A DNA stretch of 48,414 nt from an uncultured Alphaproteobacteria bacterium (GCA_905234465.1 CAJOHU010000002.1:1-48414), one strand, 5' to 3'; numbered from the stretch's first letter, positions 5,432-15,597 are shown. Notes: generated by a model not told the origin, from the sequence alone. Numbers and translations: made by a program.

Positions 5432-6132
5432 TTCTTCATGAACAAAATACTTACCTCAAACAATGCCCACATCGGCAACGCCAATAATATCTGGGAAACT
5501 ACATCCGGCGGGGTCAGCACCGCCGCAGCAATCACAATAACTATTATCGCATAGCGCCGCATGGCAACCACCCGCGCGCGCGACAATATACCCGCACGAT
5601 TTAACAGAACCATAATTAACGGTAATTGAAACGCAATACCAAAAACCTTTAACATACCAATCGCAAAAGATAAATAATCACGTGCCGCCGGCATTATTAT
5701 CGCCGGCACCGGTGCAGATTCATTTAGTTCTATAAAAAATTTGAACACAGTCGGAAACAAAACATAAAACGCAAACGCGGCGCCACATAAAAACAATACC
5801 GGCGACACGATGAAAATAGGCAAAACGAAACTGCGTTCGTTCTTGTGCAAACCCGGGGCAACAAACGCCCAAATTTGATACAATGCAAACGGTGTCGTGA
5901 ACATTATCGCAACCAACATCGCCAAAGACAAATCTATCATTAAACCATCGGTAATTCCTGTATATATTAATTGTGCATCATCCCACACGCTTAATAACGG
6001 CGCAGTTAAGAATTCTTGAATAAATGGCGCAACAAACCAACCCAACCCAAACGCAATCAAGAAAAATAACACAGTCCACAAAATGCGGCGACGCAATTCA
6101 GAAAAATGCTGCATTATTGTCATTTTTTTCAT
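5428..6132 (-). CDS. tatC: twin-arginine translocase subunit TatC
   Basis: 234 aa, polytopic. N-terminus HFSELRRRILW is typical of TatC. A 4-bp overlap links it to the upstream tatB-like gene. Confidence 0.9.
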   Translation of the reverse strand: MKKMTIMQHFSELRRRILWTVLFFLIAFGLGWFVAPFIQEFLTAPLLSVWDDAQLIYTGITDGLMIDLSLAMLVAIMFTTPFALYQIWAFVAPGLHKNERSFVLPIFIVSPVLFLCGAAFAFYVLFPTVFKFFIELNESAPVPAIIMPAARDYLSFAIGMLKVFGIAFQLPLIMVLLNRAGILSRARVVAMRRYAIIVIVIAAAVLTPPDVVSQILLALPMWALFEVSILFMKK

Positions 6133-6404
6133 TTCTTGGTTCCACCTTTTCTGCGCGGTCTTTTAACCGAGAATGTGTCCAACACATCTTTGGTTGTAGT
6201 ATTAACAATGTCATTTATGGGTTCTTCCAATTCAATTTGTTCTTTTATTTTTTCGCCTGCATCAGAAATTTTCCAAACAATTCCACGAATAAATTTAACC
6301 AACCGCGCAATTGCCCGCGCCACATCCGGCCAATAACGAGACGGCACAACCAAAATTGCGACCAATAAAATAACTATAAATTCTGCCCAACTTATTCCGA
6401 ACAT
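6129..6404 (-). CDS. tatB: twin-arginine translocase subunit TatB (TatA/B family)
   Basis: MFGISWAEFIVILLVAILVV TM segment plus an amphipathic helix. Positioned directly upstream of tatC. Confidence 0.8.
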   Translation of the reverse strand: MFGISWAEFIVILLVAILVVPSRYWPDVARAIARLVKFIRGIVWKISDAGEKIKEQIELEEPINDIVNTTTKDVLDTFSVKRPRRKGGTKK

Positions 6405-6406
6405 AT

Positions 6407-7021
6407 TTAATCATAAAAATCATCACCGCCACTGGTACTGATTGTTTTGTGACGCTGAATTTGAAAATAATTTTTACCAAAATCTGTTTTGGTTTTCAAA
6501 TTATTGAATTTAACATCTGTCTTGTTTCCAACCGCGTCAACGATTGTCCAAGAATTCAGCAAAACAGGTTTTTTATTAAACACCACAGACATATTCCCAA
6601 GTCCTTCTTGTCCACGCAGATTCATCTTTAACGTAAAATTATCTTTTGATTCAGATGTATCCACCACATGAATATCTGCGTTTTGCAAATCTATTTTTTT
6701 ACGCACCAATATCCCCGCAGGCGTACTGGTCAACGGGACAGTCGTAATTTGATCCAAAGATTTATCATAGAAATATAAATCTGCGCCATCAGCCATTAAT
6801 TGCACCGGCATATTTTTATAATCTAACCGAACCCGCCCCGGGCGCAACATTGAAAAAGTTCCTGTTTCGTTTTTACCGTTATTTGTCTGAACAAAATCCC
6901 CAGACAACCCAGTCACAGAATTCAAATATTTTTCTGCGCGCGCAATCAAATTCTTATCAACCGCACCAAACGCAGATGTTGCACACAACACACAAAAAAA
7001 CAAAATACAAACTCTCTTCAT
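6407..7021 (-). CDS. lolA: LolA-like outer-membrane lipoprotein carrier
   Basis: Signal peptide. The motifs GLSGDFVQ, MLRPGRVRLDY and DLYFYD match the LolA fold family pattern. Confidence 0.7.
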   Translation of the reverse strand: MKRVCILFFCVLCATSAFGAVDKNLIARAEKYLNSVTGLSGDFVQTNNGKNETGTFSMLRPGRVRLDYKNMPVQLMADGADLYFYDKSLDQITTVPLTSTPAGILVRKKIDLQNADIHVVDTSESKDNFTLKMNLRGQEGLGNMSVVFNKKPVLLNSWTIVDAVGNKTDVKFNNLKTKTDFGKNYFQIQRHKTISTSGGDDFYD

Positions 7022-7974
7022 TTTATAACCTTTTTGAATAAATCCAGAATACGTACTTTTACATTTTCAAGGCTGTCTTGAACAATGGCGCCGGCGGCAA
7101 ATTCATGCCCACCGCCCCCCAATTCAGATGCGATTTCATCAACCGGCTTTGACCGTCCACGCAATGATACGCCGATTTGATTAGGTTTTTGTTCCTTTAA
7201 CAATGCGATATATTCCAAACCGTGTATCTGACCCAGCAAGTTCAGAACTGTTTCCCCGCGTCCATCAAGATTTTTGTATTGGCGCGAATCAATAATTGCA
7301 ACCGCCAATTTATTTCCATAAAAGAATTCTGTGGCACCAACAGATGCGGCCTCGGTCAAAATAGTTTTTCGTGGTTTATTCGCCAATTCATTTATAATAC
7401 TTTGTATATCAACCCCATTATCCACCATATCTGCGACCATACGCATAACACGACCGTGCTTTACATATTTGAAACAACCTGTGTCAGTGATTATCCCCGT
7501 CATAATCAGGCGCAACACCGCCGTATCATATTTCCACCCCATCGTAATCATAATTTTATATATGATTTCCGTGACCGACGCCGCAGATTCATCATCCAAA
7601 CACAACATGCCAATTTTATCATCATTTATATGATGGTCTATTTCTATAACAAAACTTGCGCGTTCAATAAACTTACGCGGGCCACCAATATTACGTTTAA
7701 TTCCATAATCCAGTACAATGGCGACATCCACAGGCGTGTTATCTGGGATATGTTCAAAGAATTTTATCTTTTTGCGCATCGGCACATTATCCAGATTATC
7801 AGGAATATTTCCATCGTACATGCACAAAACTTCTTTCCCATAATTTGTTTCAATTAATTGTGCCAACGCCAATACGGCGCACAACGCGTCACCATCTGGA
7901 TTCTTGTGCGCGCACAGAACAACAGACTTCGCCGCCCTGATTTTTTCATCAAAAATTTTCATTTGCTTTATCAT
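7018..7974 (-). CDS. DHH/DHHA1 phosphoesterase (NrnA-like)
   Basis: Motifs HKNPDGDA, IDHHIN and GGGHEFAAGA. ATGA overlap with the recJ stop. Confidence 0.8.
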   Translation of the reverse strand: MIKQMKIFDEKIRAAKSVVLCAHKNPDGDALCAVLALAQLIETNYGKEVLCMYDGNIPDNLDNVPMRKKIKFFEHIPDNTPVDVAIVLDYGIKRNIGGPRKFIERASFVIEIDHHINDDKIGMLCLDDESAASVTEIIYKIMITMGWKYDTAVLRLIMTGIITDTGCFKYVKHGRVMRMVADMVDNGVDIQSIINELANKPRKTILTEAASVGATEFFYGNKLAVAIIDSRQYKNLDGRGETVLNLLGQIHGLEYIALLKEQKPNQIGVSLRGRSKPVDEIASELGGGGHEFAAGAIVQDSLENVKVRILDLFKKVIK

Positions 7975-9719
7975 AACGCAATATCTTCCAATATAAACTG
8001 TGCATTTGTGCGACCGTTATAAGAATTTTCTTTCAACCGTCCCAACACCATTATTTTAGTGTTTATGTTCGCATCGTCCAGTAAAAAATTACCGACCGAC
8101 GTTCCGACCATATTAAAACCCACAAATTCCAGACGCGTTCCCGCCGAAGTGCGAAAATCGCCACGCAAATGTGCCCCGCCCCGCCCCATTATAATCGCAC
8201 GGTTCAATACCGCACCATGCAACGCCAATATGGGTTCTGGATTGCCTTGGCCAAACGGTTCCATTTGTTCCAATTTTTTGACCAGATTCATTGTCGCCCC
8301 CCCAGAATCCATTTCCATATCAACAACTATATCCGATGCGGGCATACGTCCATTTAATTGGTCCAACACAGACCGTTCCAAAAATTCACAAAATTCATGT
8401 TCTTTATCAGATGTCAACGAAAACCCCGCCGCCGCCGCATGACCACCACCTTCACAAATCAGACCATGCGACAACGCATCATGTATTATTGCACCCAAAT
8501 TCACCCCCGGCACAGAACGCCCCGAACCGTTTATCATACCATCTGCGCGTGTCGCAACACATGTTGGCAAATTATACTTATCTTTCAAACGTCCGGCAAT
8601 AATTCCCATAACTCCACCATGCCAATTATCACCACAAATGAACAGACTGCATCGTCCATCAGCGCAGAATTTATCCGCCATGTCCACAGCCTGGGTCATG
8701 ATGACATTCTGAATATTTATTCTTTCTTGGTTCATCACATCCAATTTATTTGCCAAATCATACGCAACAAGCGGATTATCCGTCAGCAACAATTCCAACG
8801 CCGGTGCCGCAGAATCTAACCGTCCCGCTGCATTCAACCGCGGTCCCAGAACAAATCCTGCGGTATATACGGAAACTTTATCCACATGTGCAACATCCAT
8901 CAAAACACGCAGTCCCAAATTTTGCCGCAGATTCAGTACCTTCAATCCTGTTGCCACGAACGCGCGGTTTAATCCGACCAATGACATAGTGTCACATATC
9001 GTTCCCAAAGTCACACAATCCAGAAAGTTTAATAAATTTATTGATTGTATTTTTTCTATCACATCTGTGCGACCAGAATTTTTCAATTCACGATTTACCG
9101 CAACCAGTGTCAAAAACGCGACCCCAACGCCCGCCAAATAAGACAACCCTGATTCATCATCTTCGCGTTTTGGGTTTACAACTGCATCTGCATTTGGCAA
9201 CTGATTATCAGGCGAATGGTGATCAGTCACGACAACACGCATTCCCAAAGATTTTGCCAAATCAACCTCGGCGCCACCACTTATACCACAATCAACCGTA
9301 ACCAATAATCGTGCGCCATCTGCGGCAATAGATTTCACTGCATCTGCATTCAGTCCGTATCCTTCGCCTTCACGTGTAGGCAGATGCCATATGACATCGG
9401 CACCAATGTGGCGCATATATCTAACAAAAATCGCCGTAGATGTTATTCCATCAACATCATAATCGCCATATACCGCGATTTTTTCATGTTTCAATATTGC
9501 ATCGGCAATTATTTTTGCAGCATCACGCATATCGTGCAAAACGAACGGGTCAGGCATATATTCTTTGACCGACGGATTCAAGAATTTTTCTATATCTTGT
9601 TTACCAATTCCGCGATTCAACAATATGCGACGCACCAAATCGTCTTCACCCGAATATGTATTATCATCTGCCGCAACCCATGTCCGACCAGACATGGATT
9701 TTTCCACTATCTTTCTCAA
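7971..9719 (-). CDS. recJ: single-stranded-DNA-specific exonuclease RecJ
   Basis: Motifs YGDYDVDGITS, VTDHH and GGGHAAAAG. The ORF-track start is a TTG at 9719; an ATG at 9695 (MSGRTW) is an alternative. Confidence 0.9.
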   Translation of the reverse strand: MRKIVEKSMSGRTWVAADDNTYSGEDDLVRRILLNRGIGKQDIEKFLNPSVKEYMPDPFVLHDMRDAAKIIADAILKHEKIAVYGDYDVDGITSTAIFVRYMRHIGADVIWHLPTREGEGYGLNADAVKSIAADGARLLVTVDCGISGGAEVDLAKSLGMRVVVTDHHSPDNQLPNADAVVNPKREDDESGLSYLAGVGVAFLTLVAVNRELKNSGRTDVIEKIQSINLLNFLDCVTLGTICDTMSLVGLNRAFVATGLKVLNLRQNLGLRVLMDVAHVDKVSVYTAGFVLGPRLNAAGRLDSAAPALELLLTDNPLVAYDLANKLDVMNQERINIQNVIMTQAVDMADKFCADGRCSLFICGDNWHGGVMGIIAGRLKDKYNLPTCVATRADGMINGSGRSVPGVNLGAIIHDALSHGLICEGGGHAAAAGFSLTSDKEHEFCEFLERSVLDQLNGRMPASDIVVDMEMDSGGATMNLVKKLEQMEPFGQGNPEPILALHGAVLNRAIIMGRGGAHLRGDFRTSAGTRLEFVGFNMVGTSVGNFLLDDANINTKIMVLGRLKENSYNGRTNAQFILEDIAL

Positions 9720-9762
9720 CTTAATACTCTTTTTTTATTATCAGGATAATTATAATACAAAT

Positions 9763-11388
9763 TTATTCAAATAGCAACGGCAGTATACTGTCCAAAATTC
9801 TTCCTGCGGTTGGCACCGCATTCCACGCCGCCGTCCGCAGACCAAAAGATTCTTCTGTACCCTTGGGTTCGTCCAATACGACCAGAATAGTATACTGTGG
9901 TGCAGCAACCGGAAATATTCCTACAAATGCGGTTAAATTCTTAAATTTATCTATCTTACCGTTTATACGTTTTTCTGCTGTTGCGGTTTTACCACCAATT
10001 TGAATTCCAGCGATACGCGCCTGTTTCGCGGTTGTTTCTTCGGCGATGCGCAACATAATTCCACGCAATCGCGCCGATATTTCATCACTTAACACCCGTT
10101 CCCCACGCAGTGGTCCAAAATTGCGTTTCTGTAATGTTGGATAAATATAAATTCCACCATTTGTCATAGAATTTATTGCCAACAAAAGATGCATCGGTGT
10201 GACCGAAATACCATGTCCAAAAGACACCGTTGCGCGTTCTGTCGGACCCCATTTGCGTGGTATCAACGGAGATTCTGTTTTTCCAAATTCCAAATTCAAC
10301 GGTTCATCCAAATGCACACGATGAAAGAATTCTGGCTGTGCGCCATCGGGCAAATCCAGTGCAATTTGGACACTGCCAACATTACAAGAATGCAGCATTA
10401 TTTCTTCAACCGACAGATTCGGGCGTGGCGGTTTAAAACTGCGGACATCGTGAATTGTTGCGGCAACGCGTCCGAATTTATCACGGATTTTGAATGGCTC
10501 TTTGACATAGTATTCTTTATTTATTCCATTCTCCATCGCCATTGCTGTATTAAACACCTTGAAAATAGACCCCATTTCAAATACCCCGCGCATAGGCACA
10601 AACATACGTTTTGACACAGAATCTGATGACAGATTTTCTGGGTCAAAATCAGGCAAAGACACCATCGCAATCATTTCGCCCGTACTGGAATTCATCAATA
10701 ATCCCATTGCGCTTTTCGCCTGGTACTTCTGCATTGCCGCGGATAATTGATCATAAAACACAGATTGAATTCGCGAATCCAAAGACAGTTGTAATGGCGC
10801 ATTGCTGTCACGCAGATAAGAATCATATGTGCGTTCCGCGCCTTCTAATCCATGTCCATCATTTCCAACAAAACCGACAACATGGGAAAACAACCTGCGT
10901 TTTGGATACCGCCGCGCCTGAACAGATTCTATATCAACACCCGGAACTTTGGCAGATAAAATTTTTTCACGCACCGAATCGGAAACAAATTTCTTGATAT
11001 AAATAAACCGTCGTCCGGAATCTAATAACCTTAGAACCTCTTTTACAGAATATTCGTATGGCAAAACATCATGAATTAATTGTGCGACATCGTCTTTATT
11101 TTTAACTTGTTGTGGTCGCAGAGTGATATGCCCCGACATAACATTTTTTGCCAAAATATCGCCATTACGGTCAACTATATCCGCACGATTCACGCCCCAC
11201 GCGCCGTCCGCCCCAACAGGACGCGCGCGATTAGTTCCTTGGATTCCCAACTGTAATGTGCGACCAGCAAAAACCACAAACGCCACCAAAAAGAAAAAAT
11301 AAACCAATCGCAATCTGCTGTGTCCCAGTGCGTTTCCACCAACACCTGTAAAACCATGCTTAAAAATATCCCTGCCTACTTCAAACAT
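9763..11388 (-). CDS. ftsI: class B penicillin-binding protein (FtsI/PBP3-like transpeptidase)
   Basis: N-terminal TM segment. Motifs SIFK (SxxK), HSCN (SxN) and GGKTATAE (KTG-like). ATG at 11388 overlaps the ftsL TGA; a GTG at 11391 is also possible. Confidence 0.85.
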   Translation of the reverse strand: MFEVGRDIFKHGFTGVGGNALGHSRLRLVYFFFLVAFVVFAGRTLQLGIQGTNRARPVGADGAWGVNRADIVDRNGDILAKNVMSGHITLRPQQVKNKDDVAQLIHDVLPYEYSVKEVLRLLDSGRRFIYIKKFVSDSVREKILSAKVPGVDIESVQARRYPKRRLFSHVVGFVGNDGHGLEGAERTYDSYLRDSNAPLQLSLDSRIQSVFYDQLSAAMQKYQAKSAMGLLMNSSTGEMIAMVSLPDFDPENLSSDSVSKRMFVPMRGVFEMGSIFKVFNTAMAMENGINKEYYVKEPFKIRDKFGRVAATIHDVRSFKPPRPNLSVEEIMLHSCNVGSVQIALDLPDGAQPEFFHRVHLDEPLNLEFGKTESPLIPRKWGPTERATVSFGHGISVTPMHLLLAINSMTNGGIYIYPTLQKRNFGPLRGERVLSDEISARLRGIMLRIAEETTAKQARIAGIQIGGKTATAEKRINGKIDKFKNLTAFVGIFPVAAPQYTILVVLDEPKGTEESFGLRTAAWNAVPTAGRILDSILPLLFE

Positions 11389-11678
11389 CACTTTATTCTA
11401 TCTGGTAATTGCCCAATTTCAACAGATTTATGAAAACTTATAACTTCTGCGCGCCTCACCGCGCCCGACACCAAGTTCCTAAGGCTTTCTGGACGCACCA
11501 GTGCCGCAAATTTTGCCTGGGACACCGCAATATCTTGCTGGGTCTGCACAATTTCGCGGCGCACGCGTTCACGTTCACGATTTTGCGCACGATAACAAAC
11601 CTGTAATGCGACCGTGACTGCAACCATCGCTATCAACATACCAACGCCGATACGAAACATTCTTTCATCTTCATTCAT
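11388..11678 (-). CDS. ftsL: FtsL-like small bitopic division protein
   Basis: 96 aa with a single TM segment (IGVGMLIAMVAVTVALQV), directly coupled to ftsI. The call is by position and topology only. Confidence 0.55.
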   Translation of the reverse strand: MNEDERMFRIGVGMLIAMVAVTVALQVCYRAQNRERERVRREIVQTQQDIAVSQAKFAALVRPESLRNLVSGAVRRAEVISFHKSVEIGQLPDRIK

Positions 11679-11713
11679 TTTATTCTTCCGATTAAATTCT
11701 TATGTATATTTTA

Positions 11714-12091
11714 TCACAAATTCTTAAAAAAACGAATCATAGAATTCAGACCATTCAATCGCGCAGCACCAATATTTATTTTCAGCCCCATAAACATATT
11801 TTCTAAATCTAATTCGCGTATTTGCTTTGGTGATTTTCCATCAACCATAGATATAATTATTGCGACAATTCCACGCACTATTGCAGAATCTGCGGTGGCA
11901 TAAAATTTATTTCCATCACGGCATATTTGAACAAACGATGTACATCCTTGAATTTCTGTACATTTAGCAGAACTTGGCACAGGCGGCAACTGTTTACCAA
12001 TATCCATAACCATTTCTAACTTGGTTGCGGGGTCATCAGAAATTTCCAATAATTTTTTCACCTGTTCAAAATTCATATTACCAACCTTCAT
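11714..12091 (-). CDS. sufE: SufE-like sulfur acceptor
   Basis: EIQGCTSFVQI active-site Cys context and RGIVAII. The alternative ATG at 12076 (MNFEQV) would give TAA-t-ATG coupling to sufT. Confidence 0.75.
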   Translation of the reverse strand: MKVGNMNFEQVKKLLEISDDPATKLEMVMDIGKQLPPVPSSAKCTEIQGCTSFVQICRDGNKFYATADSAIVRGIVAIIISMVDGKSPKQIRELDLENMFMGLKINIGAARLNGLNSMIRFFKNL

Positions 12092-12392
12092 TTGTTAAAT
12101 CTAATTCCAAACGCGCCGCATCAGACATTCGGGACAAATCCCATGCAGGTTCCCAAACCAAATCAACCTGCACATCGGTTGGTGCAACAACGCGTGATAC
12201 TGCGGACTTTACCTGATTCAAAATATCTTCCATCATGGGGCATGTCGGACTGGTAAAAGTCATTTTTATTATGACCATATTACGTGATATCACAATATCA
12301 TACACCAAACCCATATCCCAAATGTTTACAGGAATTTCTGGATCAAACACAGTCTTTAATGCGCCAACAATATCGTCTTTTGTGAATGCCAT
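12078..12392 (-). CDS. sufT: DUF59/SufT-type Fe-S assembly protein
   Basis: Motifs FDPEIPVNIWDMGLVY and TSPTCPM. Confidence 0.75.
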   Translation of the reverse strand: MAFTKDDIVGALKTVFDPEIPVNIWDMGLVYDIVISRNMVIIKMTFTSPTCPMMEDILNQVKSAVSRVVAPTDVQVDLVWEPAWDLSRMSDAARLELDLTNEGW

Positions 12393-12393
12393 T

Positions 12394-13509
12394 TTATCTC
12401 AATATCTTTTTTATTACCGACAAAAATTTTTTAATATCCGCAACCTTGTTCCACGAACCAACCGATATACGAATTGAACCTGCAATTTTCAATCTTTGGT
12501 GAATCCACGATGCGCACATATTCCCCGCACGCACACATATATCATATGCCCCCAACATCGCCCCAACATCCAACGGGTGCATACCATCAACAACAAAAGA
12601 CAAAATTGCCGCATCACGTTTGGTTAAAATTTTTACACGTGGCAATTTTGATAATTCATCATATGCATATTTTATTAAATCTAAATTCGGACGATTTTTT
12701 TCAAGATAATCTATCGCCGGAATCAAACCTGCAATCTGGGTCAGTGGCAATGTGCCGGCCTCCCATTTTTCGGGTGCATCATTCAACACGAAATTGTCTT
12801 TTGAAACACTCATCACCATTCCACCACCGAATTTATCGGGAAAATATTTTTCTGGATTGCGAATATATAAAATTCCGACACCTGTATCCGCGCCAATTTT
12901 ATGTCCCGAAAACACCATAAAATCACAGTCCCATTTTTTCACATCTATTTTTTTGTGAACAACGTATTGCGATGCATCAACGATTGTAATTACATTTAGA
13001 TTTTTTTTGCGCGCGGCGGCAATTATTTTTTTAACATCCTGGGCCCGACCTAAAACATTGGACATCGCGGTTATAATTAAAAAATCTGTTTTTGGAATTT
13101 TATTTGAATTTATATCAAAAATTTCATCTAATTCGCACATGAACATTTTTTTTATTTTGCCGCGGCATAATAATTCTTGCCACGGCAACCTCGCAGAATG
13201 ATGGTCAAGGTCAGACACCGCAGCAGTTGCAGATTTTTTATATTCCGATTGCCCCGTCACAATATTTACAACACGATTCAATCCATCGGTTGCCCCCGAT
13301 GTAAAGACAATCTGATTCGGTTTGGCGTTTATGAAATTCGCAACACGCGCACGCGCATGCGAAACCATATCATCAACCGCCACTGCACGGGCGCAAACAC
13401 CCCGCCCCGCGTTGGCATAAGATTTACGCATAAACCCCGCCTCCGCAGCAATAACTTGGTTCGGTTTTAGTGCACTGGCCGCGGCATCTAAATATATGAT
13501 TTTATTCAT
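12394..13509 (-). CDS. sufS: cysteine desulfurase (SufS/class V aminotransferase)
   Basis: Start taken at MNKIIYLDAAASA (ATG 13509). PLP-Lys context FSGHKIG and catalytic Cys RAGNMCA. The ORF-track start 13599 would overlap trxA. Confidence 0.85.
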   Translation of the reverse strand: MNKIIYLDAAASALKPNQVIAAEAGFMRKSYANAGRGVCARAVAVDDMVSHARARVANFINAKPNQIVFTSGATDGLNRVVNIVTGQSEYKKSATAAVSDLDHHSARLPWQELLCRGKIKKMFMCELDEIFDINSNKIPKTDFLIITAMSNVLGRAQDVKKIIAAARKKNLNVITIVDASQYVVHKKIDVKKWDCDFMVFSGHKIGADTGVGILYIRNPEKYFPDKFGGGMVMSVSKDNFVLNDAPEKWEAGTLPLTQIAGLIPAIDYLEKNRPNLDLIKYAYDELSKLPRVKILTKRDAAILSFVVDGMHPLDVGAMLGAYDICVRAGNMCASWIHQRLKIAGSIRISVGSWNKVADIKKFLSVIKKILR

Positions 13510-13584
13510 TTTATGATTTCTCTTGCTTTTTGTTTGAATTATAATACACTTGTCCGAAATATCAACATCAAAGGAGAAAAAATT

Positions 13585-13899
13585 ATGGCTATACAACACG
13601 CAAACGATGATAACTTTTCAGAAATGATTGGTGGCGAATTAACATTGGTTGACTTTTGGGCGCCGTGGTGTGGTCCATGCCGTATGTTTGGTCCAATATT
13701 TGAATCCACATCCGACGAGATATCCGATGTAAAATTCATAAAATTTAATGTAGAGGAAGGCAAACGCACACCTGCAAAATTTGGCATTCGTGGTATCCCA
13801 AGCGTTTTGGCGTTTAAAAATGGCGAATTAGTAGAAGCACGCAGTGGTCTTATGGATCAAGAAACATTAACAGATTGGATTCGTGAATTAAAAGGGTAA
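13585..13899 (+). CDS. trxA: thioredoxin
   Basis: WCGPC motif. RBS AAAGGAGAAAAA lies before the ATG at 13585. 104 aa. Confidence 0.9.
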   Translation: MAIQHANDDNFSEMIGGELTLVDFWAPWCGPCRMFGPIFESTSDEISDVKFIKFNVEEGKRTPAKFGIRGIPSVLAFKNGELVEARSGLMDQETLTDWIRELKG

Positions 13900-13902
13900 A
13901 AA

Positions 13903-14331
13903 ATGGCGAAAATAAATTACAAGAATATTGAATTAGCACCAAAATATACACCAAAGAAATCTGAACCATATATGTGTCCGGAACATTTGGCATATTTTTA
14001 TCAGTTGCTTAACGCACAAAAAGAAGAGATATTACAGCAAAGTGCATCTGCGTTAAATTCTGTCAGTGCCAAGAACAAAACAAATTCAACCATTACCGGC
14101 GACGATTCGGATATTGCGGTTGCCGAGCAAGAAACATCCATGACATTGCGCATGGCGGAACGCGATAATAAATTATTGGCGAAAATAAATGCTGCGCTTG
14201 ACCGCATGGAAAACGGGACTTTTGGATACAGTGTTATTTCCGGCGATGAAATTGGTCTGTCGCGTATGTTGGCGCGACCACTGGCAACCATGACCATAGA
14301 AGAACAAGAAGAACACGAAAAAAGACAATAA
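13903..14331 (+). CDS. dksA: DksA-family RNA-polymerase-binding factor, Cys-less zinc-finger variant
   Basis: Coiled-coil tip DDSDIA (DxxDxA). The C-terminal GTFGYSVISGDEIGLSRMLARPLATMTIE aligns with the DksA C4 finger, but all four Cys are absent. Confidence 0.75.
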   Translation: MAKINYKNIELAPKYTPKKSEPYMCPEHLAYFYQLLNAQKEEILQQSASALNSVSAKNKTNSTITGDDSDIAVAEQETSMTLRMAERDNKLLAKINAALDRMENGTFGYSVISGDEIGLSRMLARPLATMTIEEQEEHEKRQ

Positions 14332-14342
14332 AAAAACAAGTT

Positions 14343-14372
14343 AAAAAATGGCGGTAAAAACCGCCATTTTTT
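14343..14372. terminator. bidirectional intrinsic terminator between dksA and tatA
   Basis: AAAAAATGGCGGT-AAAA-ACCGCCATTTTTT. Confidence 0.8.
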
Positions 14373-14604
14373 ATTTCTTTCTGACAACCCTGCGTTTTGT
14401 TGCGGTTTTTTTTGCCGCCAATTTTTTTGCAGGCTCTTTTTTGGATTCCGTTTTTTTGGCATCGTCATCTTTCATTTCTTTCTTGAAAGTTTTGATACCA
14501 CCCGCCAAATTTTTCATCATATTTGGTATTTTTGCGTGACCAAACAATATGACCAACAGCAAAACGATAACCAGTATTTCCAACCAACCCAATCTTCCGA
14601 ACAT
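14371..14604 (-). CDS. tatA: twin-arginine translocase subunit TatA/E
   Basis: [24 protein letters not shown] segment plus an amphipathic helix. 77 aa. Confidence 0.85.
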   Translation of the reverse strand: MFGRLGWLEILVIVLLLVILFGHAKIPNMMKNLAGGIKTFKKEMKDDDAKKTESKKEPAKKLAAKKTATKRRVVRKK

Positions 14605-14626
14605 TTTTATCTCCTTTTAATAACCA

Positions 14627-15397
14627 CTATTTCGCGACATAGCAATCCAAACCATCAGATTTAGCATTGCGGCAGAAACCATTTGCATCATTTGATGTTG
14701 CGAATGCTATACGCAGACGATATGTTGTCTGACCGTTTGGCAACACCGCCGCCAATATAACAAACTGTTTTCCACTGAACAGATTTTGATGCCCGGCGCG
14801 CATTTTTTTCTCGGCGGCTTCGGCGGCGGCTCTCGTACCATAAGAACCAAATTGAACATACCAACCACCATTTGCGACCTTTTGCGGGGCGGGCTTTGGC
14901 GCCGGTTTCGGCGTTGTCGGTGTTTTTACAGTTTTCGGCGCGGGCGCAGGTATAACCTTTGGTGTCGCCGCGGCGCGATTCGGTTCAAATTTTACATCTT
15001 TGCGGTCTTCTATGACGCGCACATTTTGATTTTGAATTGCAGGCTGTGGCTGAACAACTGGTTGTGGTGCAACCGCTGGTGCCGGTATTGGTTGCGGTGC
15101 CGGTTGTGGAATCTGTTGTTGCACAGGCTGCGGTTGTGGCGCAGGTTGTACATCAACCACACGTTCTTCCACGATAACAGGTGCACCCAAATCAACATCT
15201 ATGGAAGATGAAGAATTAGTGCCAACTACACGAACAATGATAAATACCGCCAAAACGATTATTGCAACACCGATTATCAACAGCAACCACGGACGGTGTG
15301 GCCGTGGTGCCGCAAAAGGCGTTGCATCAGGCAAATTGTCATCAACCGCCGTATCGGCATCATCTAAATCCAGCAAGTCTAAATTTTCATCATTCAT
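14627..15397 (-). CDS. SPOR-domain protein with Pro/Gln-rich linker
   Basis: One TM segment. A PQP/APQP low-complexity stretch. C-terminal SPOR-like GWYVQFGSYGTRAAAEAAEKKM...YRLRI. Confidence 0.8.
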   Translation of the reverse strand: MNDENLDLLDLDDADTAVDDNLPDATPFAAPRPHRPWLLLIIGVAIIVLAVFIIVRVVGTNSSSSIDVDLGAPVIVEERVVDVQPAPQPQPVQQQIPQPAPQPIPAPAVAPQPVVQPQPAIQNQNVRVIEDRKDVKFEPNRAAATPKVIPAPAPKTVKTPTTPKPAPKPAPQKVANGGWYVQFGSYGTRAAAEAAEKKMRAGHQNLFSGKQFVILAAVLPNGQTTYRLRIAFATSNDANGFCRNAKSDGLDCYVAK

Positions 15398-15423
15398 TAT
15401 AATCTCTCCCTTTTAACGGACAT

Positions 15424-15432
15424 ATTATACCA
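15424..15432 (-). promoter_or_regulatory. extended -10 (TGGTATAAT) for the SPOR gene
   Basis: The minus strand reads TGGTATAAT, then a ~20-nt leader with a GGGAGAG RBS before the ATG at 15397. Confidence 0.45.
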
Positions 15433-15453
15433 TAAAAAAGAGATATTACAAAA

Positions 15454-15597
15454 TTATTTTGCAGGTCGCGCACCAAAGTTTGGTGGCACAATTAATTTAT
15501 GATTTTCTTCTACGATTGGTTCACTTTCACATGTATGTGAACACGCTGCGAAAATAACAGGTGCCAACATCACGATAACCAAGATTATTTTTTTCAT
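15454..15597 (-). CDS. small lipoprotein (47 aa)
   Basis: MKKIILVIVMLAPVIFAAC lipobox. RBS AAGGAAAG lies before the ATG at 15597. The longer ORF-track start at 15651 has no RBS. Confidence 0.55.
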   Translation of the reverse strand: MKKIILVIVMLAPVIFAACSHTCESEPIVEENHKLIVPPNFGARPAK

